Shown here in pieces: positions 9,302-16,830 of a DNA stretch of 29,644 nucleotides; positions within the stretch are counted from its first letter, which is position 1; each line of letters begins with the position of its first letter. The notes beneath the pieces were generated by a model that saw only the letters and a list, made by a program, of their open reading frames with translations, was not told the origin of the DNA and made no database searches. Both the position numbers and the translations under genes were made by a program. Origin of the DNA: an uncultured Eubacteriales bacterium (lineage in GTDB: Bacteria; Bacillota; Clostridia; Oscillospirales; Acutalibacteraceae); assembly GCA_964620235.1 (NCBI GenBank), contig CAZUJI010000001.1, positions 1-29,644 of the forward strand, given 5' to 3'.

Positions 9302-10902
9302 GCGAGCAACAAAACAATCAAAACCAACCCTTAGAGGAGCTGCCCACCACCCCTATAGAAGAGGCAGCCTTCTCTGAAGAAGGGTCTACCCTTTTTGTAA
9401 AACGGGAGTATACCGACAAAAAGCCGCCCCGCAATACCGGTACCCGCCGCCGTGTGGTTACTTTGGTGGCCTGCGTGCTAAGCCTGGCGGTTTTGGCCGG
9501 CGCCATTTTTGCCGTAGCCCGCTTTTTGCCCCAGGAGGAGCCCGACGGTACCTCGTCTTACACCGACCTTTTGGGCATTACCCTGGTAGATTTAAAGGAC
9601 TCTGAGGTTGAGAAGATAGAGTTAAAAAACAAAAACGATGCTTTTACCGTTTTTTCTAAGCAAGAGGCTACCTCTTCTTCTACCTCGTCGGCCACAACCA
9701 CCACCGTATGGCAGGTAGAGGGCATTGACCCCACCTTAACCACCTCCGGCAGTATTCTCTCTTTCGTGGGGGACTGCACCAAAATTGAGGCCATTCGCAA
9801 AATGAACTCTACCAGCGGCGAGTTTGGCTTTGCCGACCCCACCGCGGTGCTGAAGGTCACCTGCACAGACAGCAGCAAAAGCTACACCCTTACGGTGGGC
9901 AAAACCTCGGCCGACAGCACCGGCTACTACGCCAAGCTGGGCGACGACGCGGTGTATATCATTAACGAAAGCTACGTGACCCCCTTAACCGGTAAATCCA
10001 CCGAGTTTGCCAACACCAAGGTTTTCTCGGCCCTAACCGCAAGCAAGGCCCCCGAGTATTTTACCGACGGCGAGCTTTTAAGGTTTGACTATATTACCCT
10101 TTCGGGCAAAAACTTTGCCAAACCCATTCGGTTAGAAACCAACCCCGAAAACGTGCTTGGCCTTTCGTATCTGGTTACCCAACCCGTGCTGCGTGGCGCC
10201 AACGACGACCCTGTAAAAACGCTTTTGGCCACCTTTACCCAAGATTTAACCGCATCGGGTATGTTTGCCTACACCTTAACCCCCGCCTTAAAAACCCAAT
10301 ACGGGTTAGACACCCCCGCGGTGGTTATGCAGGCCAAAATTGGCGATTTTGAGATAAAAATCTCGGTAGGCAATTTGGTAGAGGACTATTACGCCATTCT
10401 GTTAGACGGCGTAAACGCCGTTTACAAGGTGTCGGCCGACGCGCTGCCCTTTGTAACGGCCACCGAGCGCACCTATTTAAACGCCCGCTTCTACTTTGAA
10501 GGGATTGACACCTTGTCGTCCATTCAATTTACCGGCGGCGGCAAGGAATTTACGTTTAACCCCTCGTTTAACGAAGAGGACGAGCTGACGGTGTTGCACG
10601 AGGGCCAAAAGAAGAGCCCCAACATCTTTAAGGTGTTCTACCGCAACGTGCTGGCTATGGGTGTGCAGGAGTTTACCTCTGACGCGGCCGGCGGCGACGT
10701 GGTATTAACCATTAAAACCAAATTTAACAACGGCAAGGCCGACAGCACCGTCACCTTTACCGAGCACAGCAACCGTATGTGCTTAGTAACGGTTAACGGC
10801 GCGGTTATGGGCACCATTCCCAAGGTCCGGGTAACCTCTATTTTAGAGTACGCCCAAAACCTGGTAGACGGCAAAGAAGTCCCCGAGCCCGCGTTGGGTT
10901 AG
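9298..10902 (+). CDS. DUF4340-like membrane-anchored extracellular protein
   Basis: Single N-terminal TM; repeated motif (FGFADPTAV..LTVGKTS..GYYA; YGLDTPAV..ISVGN..YYA); usual fourth gene of gldAFG-like operons; ATGA overlap with SD AGGAGG. Confidence 0.7.
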   Translation: MSEQQNNQNQPLEELPTTPIEEAAFSEEGSTLFVKREYTDKKPPRNTGTRRRVVTLVACVLSLAVLAGAIFAVARFLPQEEPDGTSSYTDLLGITLVDLKDSEVEKIELKNKNDAFTVFSKQEATSSSTSSATTTTVWQVEGIDPTLTTSGSILSFVGDCTKIEAIRKMNSTSGEFGFADPTAVLKVTCTDSSKSYTLTVGKTSADSTGYYAKLGDDAVYIINESYVTPLTGKSTEFANTKVFSALTASKAPEYFTDGELLRFDYITLSGKNFAKPIRLETNPENVLGLSYLVTQPVLRGANDDPVKTLLATFTQDLTASGMFAYTLTPALKTQYGLDTPAVVMQAKIGDFEIKISVGNLVEDYYAILLDGVNAVYKVSADALPFVTATERTYLNARFYFEGIDTLSSIQFTGGGKEFTFNPSFNEEDELTVLHEGQKKSPNIFKVFYRNVLAMGVQEFTSDAAGGDVVLTIKTKFNNGKADSTVTFTEHSNRMCLVTVNGAVMGTIPKVRVTSILEYAQNLVDGKEVPEPALG

Positions 10903-10911
10903 TAAAAAAAT

Positions 10912-10949
10912 AAAAAGATGGTTTATCATTACGATAAATCATCTTTTTT
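10912..10949 (+). terminator. Intrinsic terminator of ABC operon
   Basis: AAAAAGATGGTTTATC-ATTAC-GATAAATCATCTTTTTT. Confidence 0.8.
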
Positions 10950-10960
10950 ATATTTTGGTA

Positions 10961-10989
10961 TTGCATTTGTTCCAAACCTGGAATATAAT
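10961..10989 (+). promoter_or_regulatory. Methylase promoter with palindromic operator in the spacer
   Basis: TTGCAT, 17 bp, TATAAT; spacer contains TTCCA-AACC-TGGAA (10970-10983). Confidence 0.7.
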
Positions 10990-11014
10990 CATACATATAA
11001 GGAAGTGATCTAAA

Positions 11015-12088
11015 ATGTTGGCATATATGACTGCAAATGAGGCCGCCGAAAAATGGAATATATCTCATAGACGAGTTTTAACCTTATGTAAGGAAAATCG
11101 TATAGCAGACGTTGCAATGTTGGGCAATATGTGGATTATTCCTATCGATGCCCAAAAGCCGGAAGATGCACGTAGCCGCAGATATATTGATAACGAAGAA
11201 AAGGCTGTTAAACCCTTTTTGAAATGGGCAGGCGGAAAAGGTCAGCTTTTAAAAGAAATCGAGCATTATTACCCTTTTTCTATAGGTGGCATTACAAAAT
11301 ATGCGGAGCCTTTTGTTGGTGGCGGTGCAGTTTTGTTTGATATTCTTAACAAATACGATTTAAAAGAGATTTACATCAGCGATATTAGCACCGAACTTAT
11401 CAACACTTACCGTATCATTCGTGATGACATCGATGCATTAATTACGATGCTCTATAAAACGCAAAATGAATTTATTCCTTTGGATACCGATAGCAGAAAA
11501 AGCTATTATAACGAAAAACGCCAGCGTTTTAACGATTTAAAGGTTAATGGAAACAAGAACATAAATATTGAAAAAGCGGCTCTGATGATTTTTTTAAACA
11601 AAACCTGCTTTAACGGGTTGTTTAGGGTAAATAAAAAAGGACTCTTCAATGTTCCTATGGGAGCATATAAGAATCCTTTAATTTGTGACGAAAAAAATCT
11701 TCGTGCGGTGTCTGAAAAACTGCAGAAGGTTACTATCGTTTGTGGCGACTATAGGGAATCTGCAAATTTCATTGATGAAAATACATTTGTATATTTTGAT
11801 CCGCCATACAGGCCAATAACTGATACATCAAGTTTTACTGCATATACCGAGAATTTGTTTAATGATGCAGAGCAAATTGAGCTTGCACATTTTGTTGATG
11901 ATATGCACAAGAAAGGCGCTAAAGTTTTGATTAGCAACTCTGATCCAAAGAACTCAAATACCGAAGATGATTTTTTTGATAATATCTACTCTGCTCATAA
12001 AATCAAACGAGTAGAAGCAACACGATCGATTAATTGTAACAGTGAAGCAAGAGGAAAAATCAAAGAATTGCTTATTAGTAATTTTTAA
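11015..12088 (+). CDS. Dam/DpnM-family N6-adenine DNA methyltransferase (probably GATC) with N-terminal excisionase-like HTH
   Basis: KPFLKWAGGK, motif I EPFVGGGAV, LNKTCFNGLFRVN, motif IV DPPY. First ~55 aa (MTANEAAEKWNISHRRV...WIIP) resemble HTH_17. Adjacent to a DpnII-like gene. Confidence 0.9.
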   Translation: MLAYMTANEAAEKWNISHRRVLTLCKENRIADVAMLGNMWIIPIDAQKPEDARSRRYIDNEEKAVKPFLKWAGGKGQLLKEIEHYYPFSIGGITKYAEPFVGGGAVLFDILNKYDLKEIYISDISTELINTYRIIRDDIDALITMLYKTQNEFIPLDTDSRKSYYNEKRQRFNDLKVNGNKNINIEKAALMIFLNKTCFNGLFRVNKKGLFNVPMGAYKNPLICDEKNLRAVSEKLQKVTIVCGDYRESANFIDENTFVYFDPPYRPITDTSSFTAYTENLFNDAEQIELAHFVDDMHKKGAKVLISNSDPKNSNTEDDFFDNIYSAHKIKRVEATRSINCNSEARGKIKELLISNF

Positions 12089-12099
12089 GGAGAATCTAT

Positions 12100-12357
12100 A
12101 TGAAAAGGAATTTTGATGAATGGTTTTTGAATTTTAAAGAAAACATAGCCGATTATAAATATTATACCGATTTTGACAAAGTTTATAGAAATGTGGAAAA
12201 TATTAAGGTTGAATTAAATATTTTGAATTCCCTTATCGGCTCAAAAAATATAGAAAATGACTTTCAAAAGCTTTTTATAGATTATCCGCAAATCATTAAA
12301 GCGCTTCCGATTTTAATAGCGAAAAGGGAAACCGAAATGTTATTGGCGTGGATATAA
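12100..12357 (+). pseudogene. DpnII-family restriction endonuclease, N-terminal fragment (~80 aa)
   Basis: RNFDEW...ADYKYYTDFDKVY.NV..IKVELNILNSLIGSKNIE.DF...YP.I.K.LPILIAKR resembles the DpnII N-terminus. Similarity ends at ~12338, then a stop follows. Confidence 0.85.
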
Positions 12358-12848
12358 ATGATGTAGCTCTTGCTCGTTGCAAAGAGAAAACTGCGTTTGA
12401 ACACGAAGGTGCAAACGGTAAAGTATATCTTCATAAAGGCGATGCAAGGAATCTCGACTTTATGCCGGATAACAGCATTGATTTGATTTGCACACATCCG
12501 CCGTATGCAGATATTATCAAATACAGCGAGGCTATACCTGGAGATTTATCTTTGCTTAAGATTAAAGAATTCCTTGAGGAAATGAAAAAGGTGGCTGCTG
12601 AAAGTTATAGAGTTCTTAAAAAGGATAGGTTCTGCGCAGTTCTTATGGGTGATACACGCAAAAACGGTCATATGATACCCATGTCTTTTGATGTTATGAG
12701 AATCTTTGAAGAAGCAGGCTTCAAACTGAAAGAACTAATTATTAAAGAACAGCATAACTGCAAGGCTACTGGATATTGGAAAACAAATAGTGTGAAGTAT
12801 AACTTTTTGTTAATAGCACATGAATATTTATTTGTGTTTAGAAAATAA
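12330..12848 (+). pseudogene. Second DNA methyltransferase (N4/N6, TRM11-like fold), 5'-truncated
   Basis: Frame reads NRNVIGVDIND (motif II), GDAR, DLICTHPPY (motif IV), HEYLFVFRK. SAM-binding motif I and a start with SD are missing. Confidence 0.8.
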
Positions 12849-12926
12849 TGTCTTATACCGTAGCAAGCAGGGAAAACGTACGGCACGTTTTCCAACTCCT
12901 TAGGATATCCTAAAGCCTTATATAAC

Positions 12927-12959
12927 AAAAGCAGAAACGAATTTCGTTTCTGCTTTTTT
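12927..12959. terminator. Bidirectional intrinsic terminator
   Basis: AAAAGCAGAAACGAA-T-TTCGTTTCTGCTTTTTT between convergent genes. Confidence 0.8.
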
Positions 12960-13072
12960 AATCACTATGCTTTAGAGTACACCCCTTTGCCTTCTCTTTT
13001 TTGTTGCTTTGTAGGGTATGCATTTATGCATTTCGTAGGCGAATTACCACCTCATCCACCGCAAGCGGGGCC

Positions 13073-13504
13073 CTACAACAAATGAATACACTTTACGTTT
13101 TGGGCGGTGGCGTATTTATACGTATCGGCTGCACCGCCAAAGGGGTACTGCACGTAACAAATCGCCACGGCGGCCTGCTCTACCATATAACGGTTACGTC
13201 GGCCAATGGCGGCTTTATAATGGTATTTTTCCAACCCCTCGGGATATATAATCTGATCAAACAGTTCTTTGTTAAACACCCGAAAATTCAAATAAGGAAT
13301 CACCAGGTGGTTTTGTATAAACGGGTAAGTGGATTTTAATTGGTGCACCGCGCTTGCACTCATTCGGTCGAACTGCCCCTGCCCACCGCTTAAAAAGACG
13401 GTAATGTCTTGATGTATGCAGGCTTCTATGGCTTGACGGAGCTTTTCTGAGGATACCTCGTAGCACTCTCGGTGCCCAATAAACACAGCGGTCCTCTCAC
13501 GCAT
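13073..13504 (-). CDS. YpsA/DUF1273-like SLOG superfamily protein
   Basis: AVFIGHR, FLSGGQGQFD, LVIPY, RNRYMVE, GGAADTYKYA. ATG 13504 follows SD AAAGGTG. Confidence 0.8.
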   Translation of the reverse strand: MRERTAVFIGHRECYEVSSEKLRQAIEACIHQDITVFLSGGQGQFDRMSASAVHQLKSTYPFIQNHLVIPYLNFRVFNKELFDQIIYPEGLEKYHYKAAIGRRNRYMVEQAAVAICYVQYPFGGAADTYKYATAQNVKCIHLL

Positions 13505-13529
13505 ACCAAAAATCACACCTTTCTGATTA

Positions 13530-13577
13530 ATAATAGGTCAATTTCACCCTAATGTCAATAGGTCATTTTGCCATAAT
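13530..13577. promoter_or_regulatory. Divergent promoter/operator module 1
   Basis: Minus-strand TTGACA (13558-13553), 17 bp, TATTAT (13535-13530). Operators GGTCA-ATT-TCACC (13536-13548) and GGTCA-TTT-TGCCA (13561-13573), 25 bp apart. Plus-strand TGnCATAAT (13569-13577). Confidence 0.7.
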
Positions 13578-13593
13578 ATATTTGGGTGATAAA

Positions 13594-13812
13594 ATGAATA
13601 GGCTGAAAGAGCTGCGTAAAGAACGCGGTTTTACACAAATTAAAATGCAAATGCTTACCGGGATAGACCAGAGTGACTATTCTAAAATAGAAAAAGGCAC
13701 CCGCCATTTTACCTTTGAACAATGCAAACGGATTGCCGACGCTCTAAACACCAGTATGGATTACCTTGCCGGCCGCACCGACCAAAAAGAGCCCTACCCA
13801 AAAGCAAAATAG
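13594..13812 (+). CDS. XRE-family HTH regulator (72 aa)
   Basis: RLKELRKERGFTQ...IDQSDYSKIEKG...IADALNTSMDYLAGRT; SD GGTGAT. Confidence 0.9.
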   Translation: MNRLKELRKERGFTQIKMQMLTGIDQSDYSKIEKGTRHFTFEQCKRIADALNTSMDYLAGRTDQKEPYPKAK

Positions 13813-13823
13813 AATCGCTTGCG

Positions 13824-13847
13824 CCCACAGATTTTTGTGGGTTTTTT
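13824..13847 (+). terminator. Intrinsic terminator after XRE-1
   Basis: CCCACA-GATTTT-TGTGGG followed by TTTTTT. Confidence 0.65.
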
Positions 13848-13849
13848 CT

Positions 13850-13904
13850 ATTTTAGGACATATCGTCCTTTTTGTCAATAGGACACATTGTCCTTGGGTA
13901 TAGT
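13850..13904. promoter_or_regulatory. Divergent promoter/operator module 2
   Basis: Minus-strand TTGACA (13878-13873), 17 bp, TAAAAT (13855-13850). Operators AGGACA-TAT-CGTCCT (13855-13869) and AGGACA-CAT-TGTCCT (13880-13894), 25 bp apart. Plus-strand -10-like TATAGT (13899-13904). Confidence 0.7.
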
Positions 13905-13919
13905 AGTATCGGTGATGTT

Positions 13920-14126
13920 ATGCAATTAAGAATTCGTGATCTGCGGGAGGATCGGGATTTAACCCAAAAGCAAATTGCCGCAATGCTACACTGTGACCAA
14001 TCCTTATATTCCAAGTACGAGCGCGGGGAACGACAGATTCCTTTAGACCTTTTAATGCAGCTGGCAGAATTTTACCAAACCAGCTTAGATTATCTTACCG
14101 GCCGTACCCAAAACCCAAAAAAATAA
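13920..14126 (+). CDS. XRE-family HTH regulator (68 aa)
   Basis: RIRDLREDRDLTQKQIA..LHCDQSLYSKYERGER...LAEFYQTSLDYLTGRT; SD GGTGAT. Confidence 0.9.
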   Translation: MQLRIRDLREDRDLTQKQIAAMLHCDQSLYSKYERGERQIPLDLLMQLAEFYQTSLDYLTGRTQNPKK

Positions 14127-14149
14127 AAAAAGAAGGCGTTGGGATTATC

Positions 14150-14305
14150 GCAGGGGAGGCGCACGACGCCCCGCGGGACACTCCTTACGGCGGGAGGTAA
14201 ACCCCCGCCCTACGCAGGTTTACAAACCGCATTGTAGGGGAGGCGTTTCGCCTCCCGTTTTTTGTATTTGCAGCTTACTCACGGGAGGGCTGACCCCTCC
14301 CCTAC
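14150..14305. repeat. Four GTAG-type REP palindromes in two inverted doublets (REPIN-like)
   Basis: 14150-14173 (+, GCAG variant); 14191-14213 (-, GTAGGGCGGGGGTTTACCTCCCG); 14234-14257 (+, GTAGGGGAGGCGTTTCGCCTCCCG); 14282-14305 (-, GTAGGGGAGGGGTCAGCCCTCCCG). Confidence 0.75.
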
Positions 14306-14325
14306 AGTAGATATTGGGCTGGATA

Positions 14326-14477
14326 AAACCAACGGCCCCCTTGCCTAAAGGGGGCTGGCAAAACCGTAGGTTTTGACTGGGGGATTCAGCAAAACACGTG
14401 CTGTATGTTCGTAGTATCCCTCCACCACCGCTAATGCGGCGGTCCCCCTCCCTTTAAGGCAAGGGAGGCTTTGGTTT
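14326..14477. mobile_element. ~152-bp MITE-like palindromic element
   Basis: Imperfect ~30-bp terminal inverted repeats (AAACCAACGGCCCCCTTGCCTAAAGGGGG vs reverse complement AAACCAAAGCCTCCCTTGCCTTAAAGGGAG); internal hairpins; no ORF. Confidence 0.55.
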
Positions 14478-14493
14478 AGAATAATTTATGGAT

Positions 14494-14531
14494 AAAAAAA
14501 GACAGAGAACGTAAAAATTCTCTGTCCTTTT
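14494..14531 (-). terminator. Intrinsic terminator (possibly bidirectional)
   Basis: A7-GACAGAGAA-CGTAAAAA-TTCTCTGTC-CTTTT. Confidence 0.75.
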
Positions 14532-14546
14532 GCTTTTATTTTGCGT

Positions 14547-15515
14547 TTAGTCGGTAAAAAAGGATTTTACAAATTCCTCGCTGGTGCCGTCGTACTCGGC
14601 CAAGGCCAGATATTCGGCACCGCCCTGGTTGCCCCAACTGTACAAAATGACGGTTTTGCCGTTGTAGTCGCAAAAATCCACGTCACTGTTGTTACAGTCT
14701 ACCGCGTTGCGGATGGTTTCTTTGTCCTCCTCAGAAAACCGCTCGGGGTGGTAGAGCATTTTGTCTTGGTCGTCAAAAAACATAACGGGGTTGCGCATAC
14801 CCAATTGGTAATGCTCTAAATCGGGGGTGCGAACAATATAGGGCACCCAGCGGTGGCCGGGCATACGCTCTAAATTGATGATGTAATAATACCCGTCAAC
14901 ATAGCGAATGACCGGGCAGGCGGTGTAGCGGGTGGGGTCGTACAGGTATTTGTACATATCTAAAAGCTCCCAATTTTTAAGGTCTTTAGATACGGCAAAC
15001 ACGTTGGTAAAGCCGTGACCCACAATGGGGTGCGACCTGCCTTCGGCGCCCAGCTCTATGGCCATAACGTAGCCGTTGGGGCCCTTGCAAATGGAGGTAT
15101 TGTACACGTGTAGTTCCTCAGAAAAAACAATGGCATCCCGTTTTTCTTCCCAATTTTCGAGGTCCTTCGACCAGAACATATCTAAAACGTTGCCGCCACC
15201 GGGGCCGCGGGTGCCCACAACAAACATAGTGTCGTCGGCCACAATGCAGCTGCCAAAGGAGTGGTCCTGGGCAAACTCGGCGGTAGGCTCCTCGTTGGCC
15301 ATATTTACAAAATGAAAGCAGCCAACCTCGCGGGCAATGCTGTCAATATGGCACCATCTGCTGTTGCGCACCCACTCAAAGCGCAAAAGCTCGCCTTGCC
15401 ACACCACGGGGGTGGTTTCTACCACACCGATTTTTACGGTGCCTAACTTTTTTAATTGTTTTACCGGAGGGGTACAGCCGGTTTTTACCTCTTGATAAAA
15501 ATTTGAAAGCTCCAT
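14547..15515 (-). CDS. Hypothetical protein, probable beta-propeller glycoside hydrolase-like fold
   Basis: 322 aa, SD GAGGA, no signal peptide. Recurrent Asp-box-like motifs WSKDLENW, VSKDLKNW, RTPDLEHY. Function not assignable. Confidence 0.6.
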   Translation of the reverse strand: MELSNFYQEVKTGCTPPVKQLKKLGTVKIGVVETTPVVWQGELLRFEWVRNSRWCHIDSIAREVGCFHFVNMANEEPTAEFAQDHSFGSCIVADDTMFVVGTRGPGGGNVLDMFWSKDLENWEEKRDAIVFSEELHVYNTSICKGPNGYVMAIELGAEGRSHPIVGHGFTNVFAVSKDLKNWELLDMYKYLYDPTRYTACPVIRYVDGYYYIINLERMPGHRWVPYIVRTPDLEHYQLGMRNPVMFFDDQDKMLYHPERFSEEDKETIRNAVDCNNSDVDFCDYNGKTVILYSWGNQGGAEYLALAEYDGTSEEFVKSFFTD

Positions 15516-15555
15516 TTACAAATTCCTCCTTTGCAAATTACACCTATATCATACC

Positions 15556-15598
15556 ATAAAAAAACCATAAAAAAATATATGTTTTTGTGGTTTTTTAT
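15556..15598 (-). terminator. AT-rich hairpin after rnhA
   Basis: AAAAAACCATAAAAA...TTTTTGTGGTTTTTT inverted repeat right after the rnhA stop. Confidence 0.5.
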
Positions 15599-15599
15599 T

Positions 15600-16046
15600 T
15601 TACTTATTTAATTGCAGATAATAGGCGGTGGCCAAAGCGTCGCAGCGCTCGTTCTCGGGGTGGCCGGCGTGACCCTTGACCCAAACGATTTGTACCGTGT
15701 GCTTTTCATACAGCTCTAACAGCTGCGCCCATAAGTCGGGGTTTAAGGACGGCTTTTTGTCGGCCTTGCGCCAGCCGTTGGTCTGCCAGGATTTTGCCCA
15801 GCCCTTTTGCAGCCCGTCGGCCACGTATTTAGAGTCGGTGGTTAAAATCACCCTGCAGGGCTCTTTTAAGGCCTTTAAGGCTTCAATACAGGCGGTTAAT
15901 TCCATACGGTTGTTGGTGGTTTGGTCTTGCCCGCCCGAAAGCTCTTTGCTAACGCCGTTGTAGCGCAAAATAGCGCCCCAGCCCCCCGGCCCGGGGTTGC
16001 CCGAGCAGGCGCCGTCGGTAAAAATTTCTACGGTTTTTTGTTGCAT
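15600..16046 (-). CDS. rnhA: Ribonuclease HI
   Basis: [44 protein letters not shown] 16046 follows SD AGGTGG. Confidence 0.96.
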   Translation of the reverse strand: MQQKTVEIFTDGACSGNPGPGGWGAILRYNGVSKELSGGQDQTTNNRMELTACIEALKALKEPCRVILTTDSKYVADGLQKGWAKSWQTNGWRKADKKPSLNPDLWAQLLELYEKHTVQIVWVKGHAGHPENERCDALATAYYLQLNK

Positions 16047-16055
16047 ACGCGCCAC

Positions 16056-16820
16056 CTACCCTACAATGGCCTGCACAAGCCAGGCCAGGCCGAAAATAAT
16101 CGGCTGATGCAATAAATAAACCCACAGCGCCTTTTTGCCTAAAAAGGCCAAGGGCTTGCAGCGGCTTTTTTGCAAGTCCGAGGGCAGTACGCAGTTTTTA
16201 AACATTTTAGAGGCAAACACCCCAAAAAAGAAGACAAACACCCAAGGCACCAGGGGGAAATAATCCGCCGATTGAAACCCCGCCCCGGGCAGCCCCAAAA
16301 AGGCCAGCCATTTGGTGCTGTAAAGCACCCCGGGCAGCTCTACTGACAGCGGACCAAAGCCAAGGTAGCCCCGCGGCACCAAGTAGGTGGCGCAAAACAG
16401 CACCGTATTGGCAATTGCCCCCGCCTTGGGGTTGCATTTGGCAATAAATTTTTTGCTGACGGCGTACAATAAGGTGCCGCTTGCCAGTAAAAACAAAACG
16501 CCGAATAAAATTTCTTCGTGAACGTCAAACAGCGTCATCACCAGCGTAACGGCCGATACCACCACCGCCGCAGCGGCAATTAAAAGCCCTCGCTTCAGGC
16601 TGTTGCGACTGAACATAGTACAGAAACCGCAAAGCCAAATAAACAATGCTGCAAATAAGGGCTCTATCGGCATAAAAAAGTAGAGTATATCCCCCGCCCA
16701 AGGCAGGTCAAATACAAAATACAGGCTATACAGTGCGTGGTAAATAACCATACAAAATACGGCAAAGCCGCGCAATTCGTCTAAAAACGGGTAGCGTACC
16801 CGTGTGTTTTGCTGTTCCAT
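16056..16820 (-). CDS. DUF1624 / heparan-alpha-glucosaminide N-acetyltransferase-like membrane protein
   Basis: LDELRGFAVFCMVIYH, ILFGVL, SADYFPLVPW, LAFLGKKALWVYLLHQP; multi-TM. Confidence 0.82.
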   Translation of the reverse strand: MEQQNTRVRYPFLDELRGFAVFCMVIYHALYSLYFVFDLPWAGDILYFFMPIEPLFAALFIWLCGFCTMFSRNSLKRGLLIAAAAVVVSAVTLVMTLFDVHEEILFGVLFLLASGTLLYAVSKKFIAKCNPKAGAIANTVLFCATYLVPRGYLGFGPLSVELPGVLYSTKWLAFLGLPGAGFQSADYFPLVPWVFVFFFGVFASKMFKNCVLPSDLQKSRCKPLAFLGKKALWVYLLHQPIIFGLAWLVQAIVG

Positions 16821-16830
16821 AACGCTCTCC

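Noticed and set aside
11007..11010. GATC before the methylase start as a methylation-feedback site
   Set aside because: Explained by an extended Shine-Dalgarno (GTGATC pairs with the 16S 3' end) and lies downstream of the promoter.
12321..12357. Programmed frameshift producing an endonuclease-methylase fusion
   Set aside because: Both parts lack essential regions (nuclease catalytic core, SAM motif I); deletion is simpler.
13594..14126. R-M controller (C) proteins
   Set aside because: They lie downstream of the R-M genes beyond a terminator, and the 25-bp operator spacing differs from classical C-boxes. Not fully excluded.
14150..14477. CRISPR array
   Set aside because: Units alternate in orientation, differ in sequence and have irregular spacing; no cas genes. 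REP/MITE fits better.
15101..15116. parS-like sequence around CACGTG
   Set aside because: Too many mismatches to TGTTTCACGTGAAACA; no convincing parS was seen in the window.
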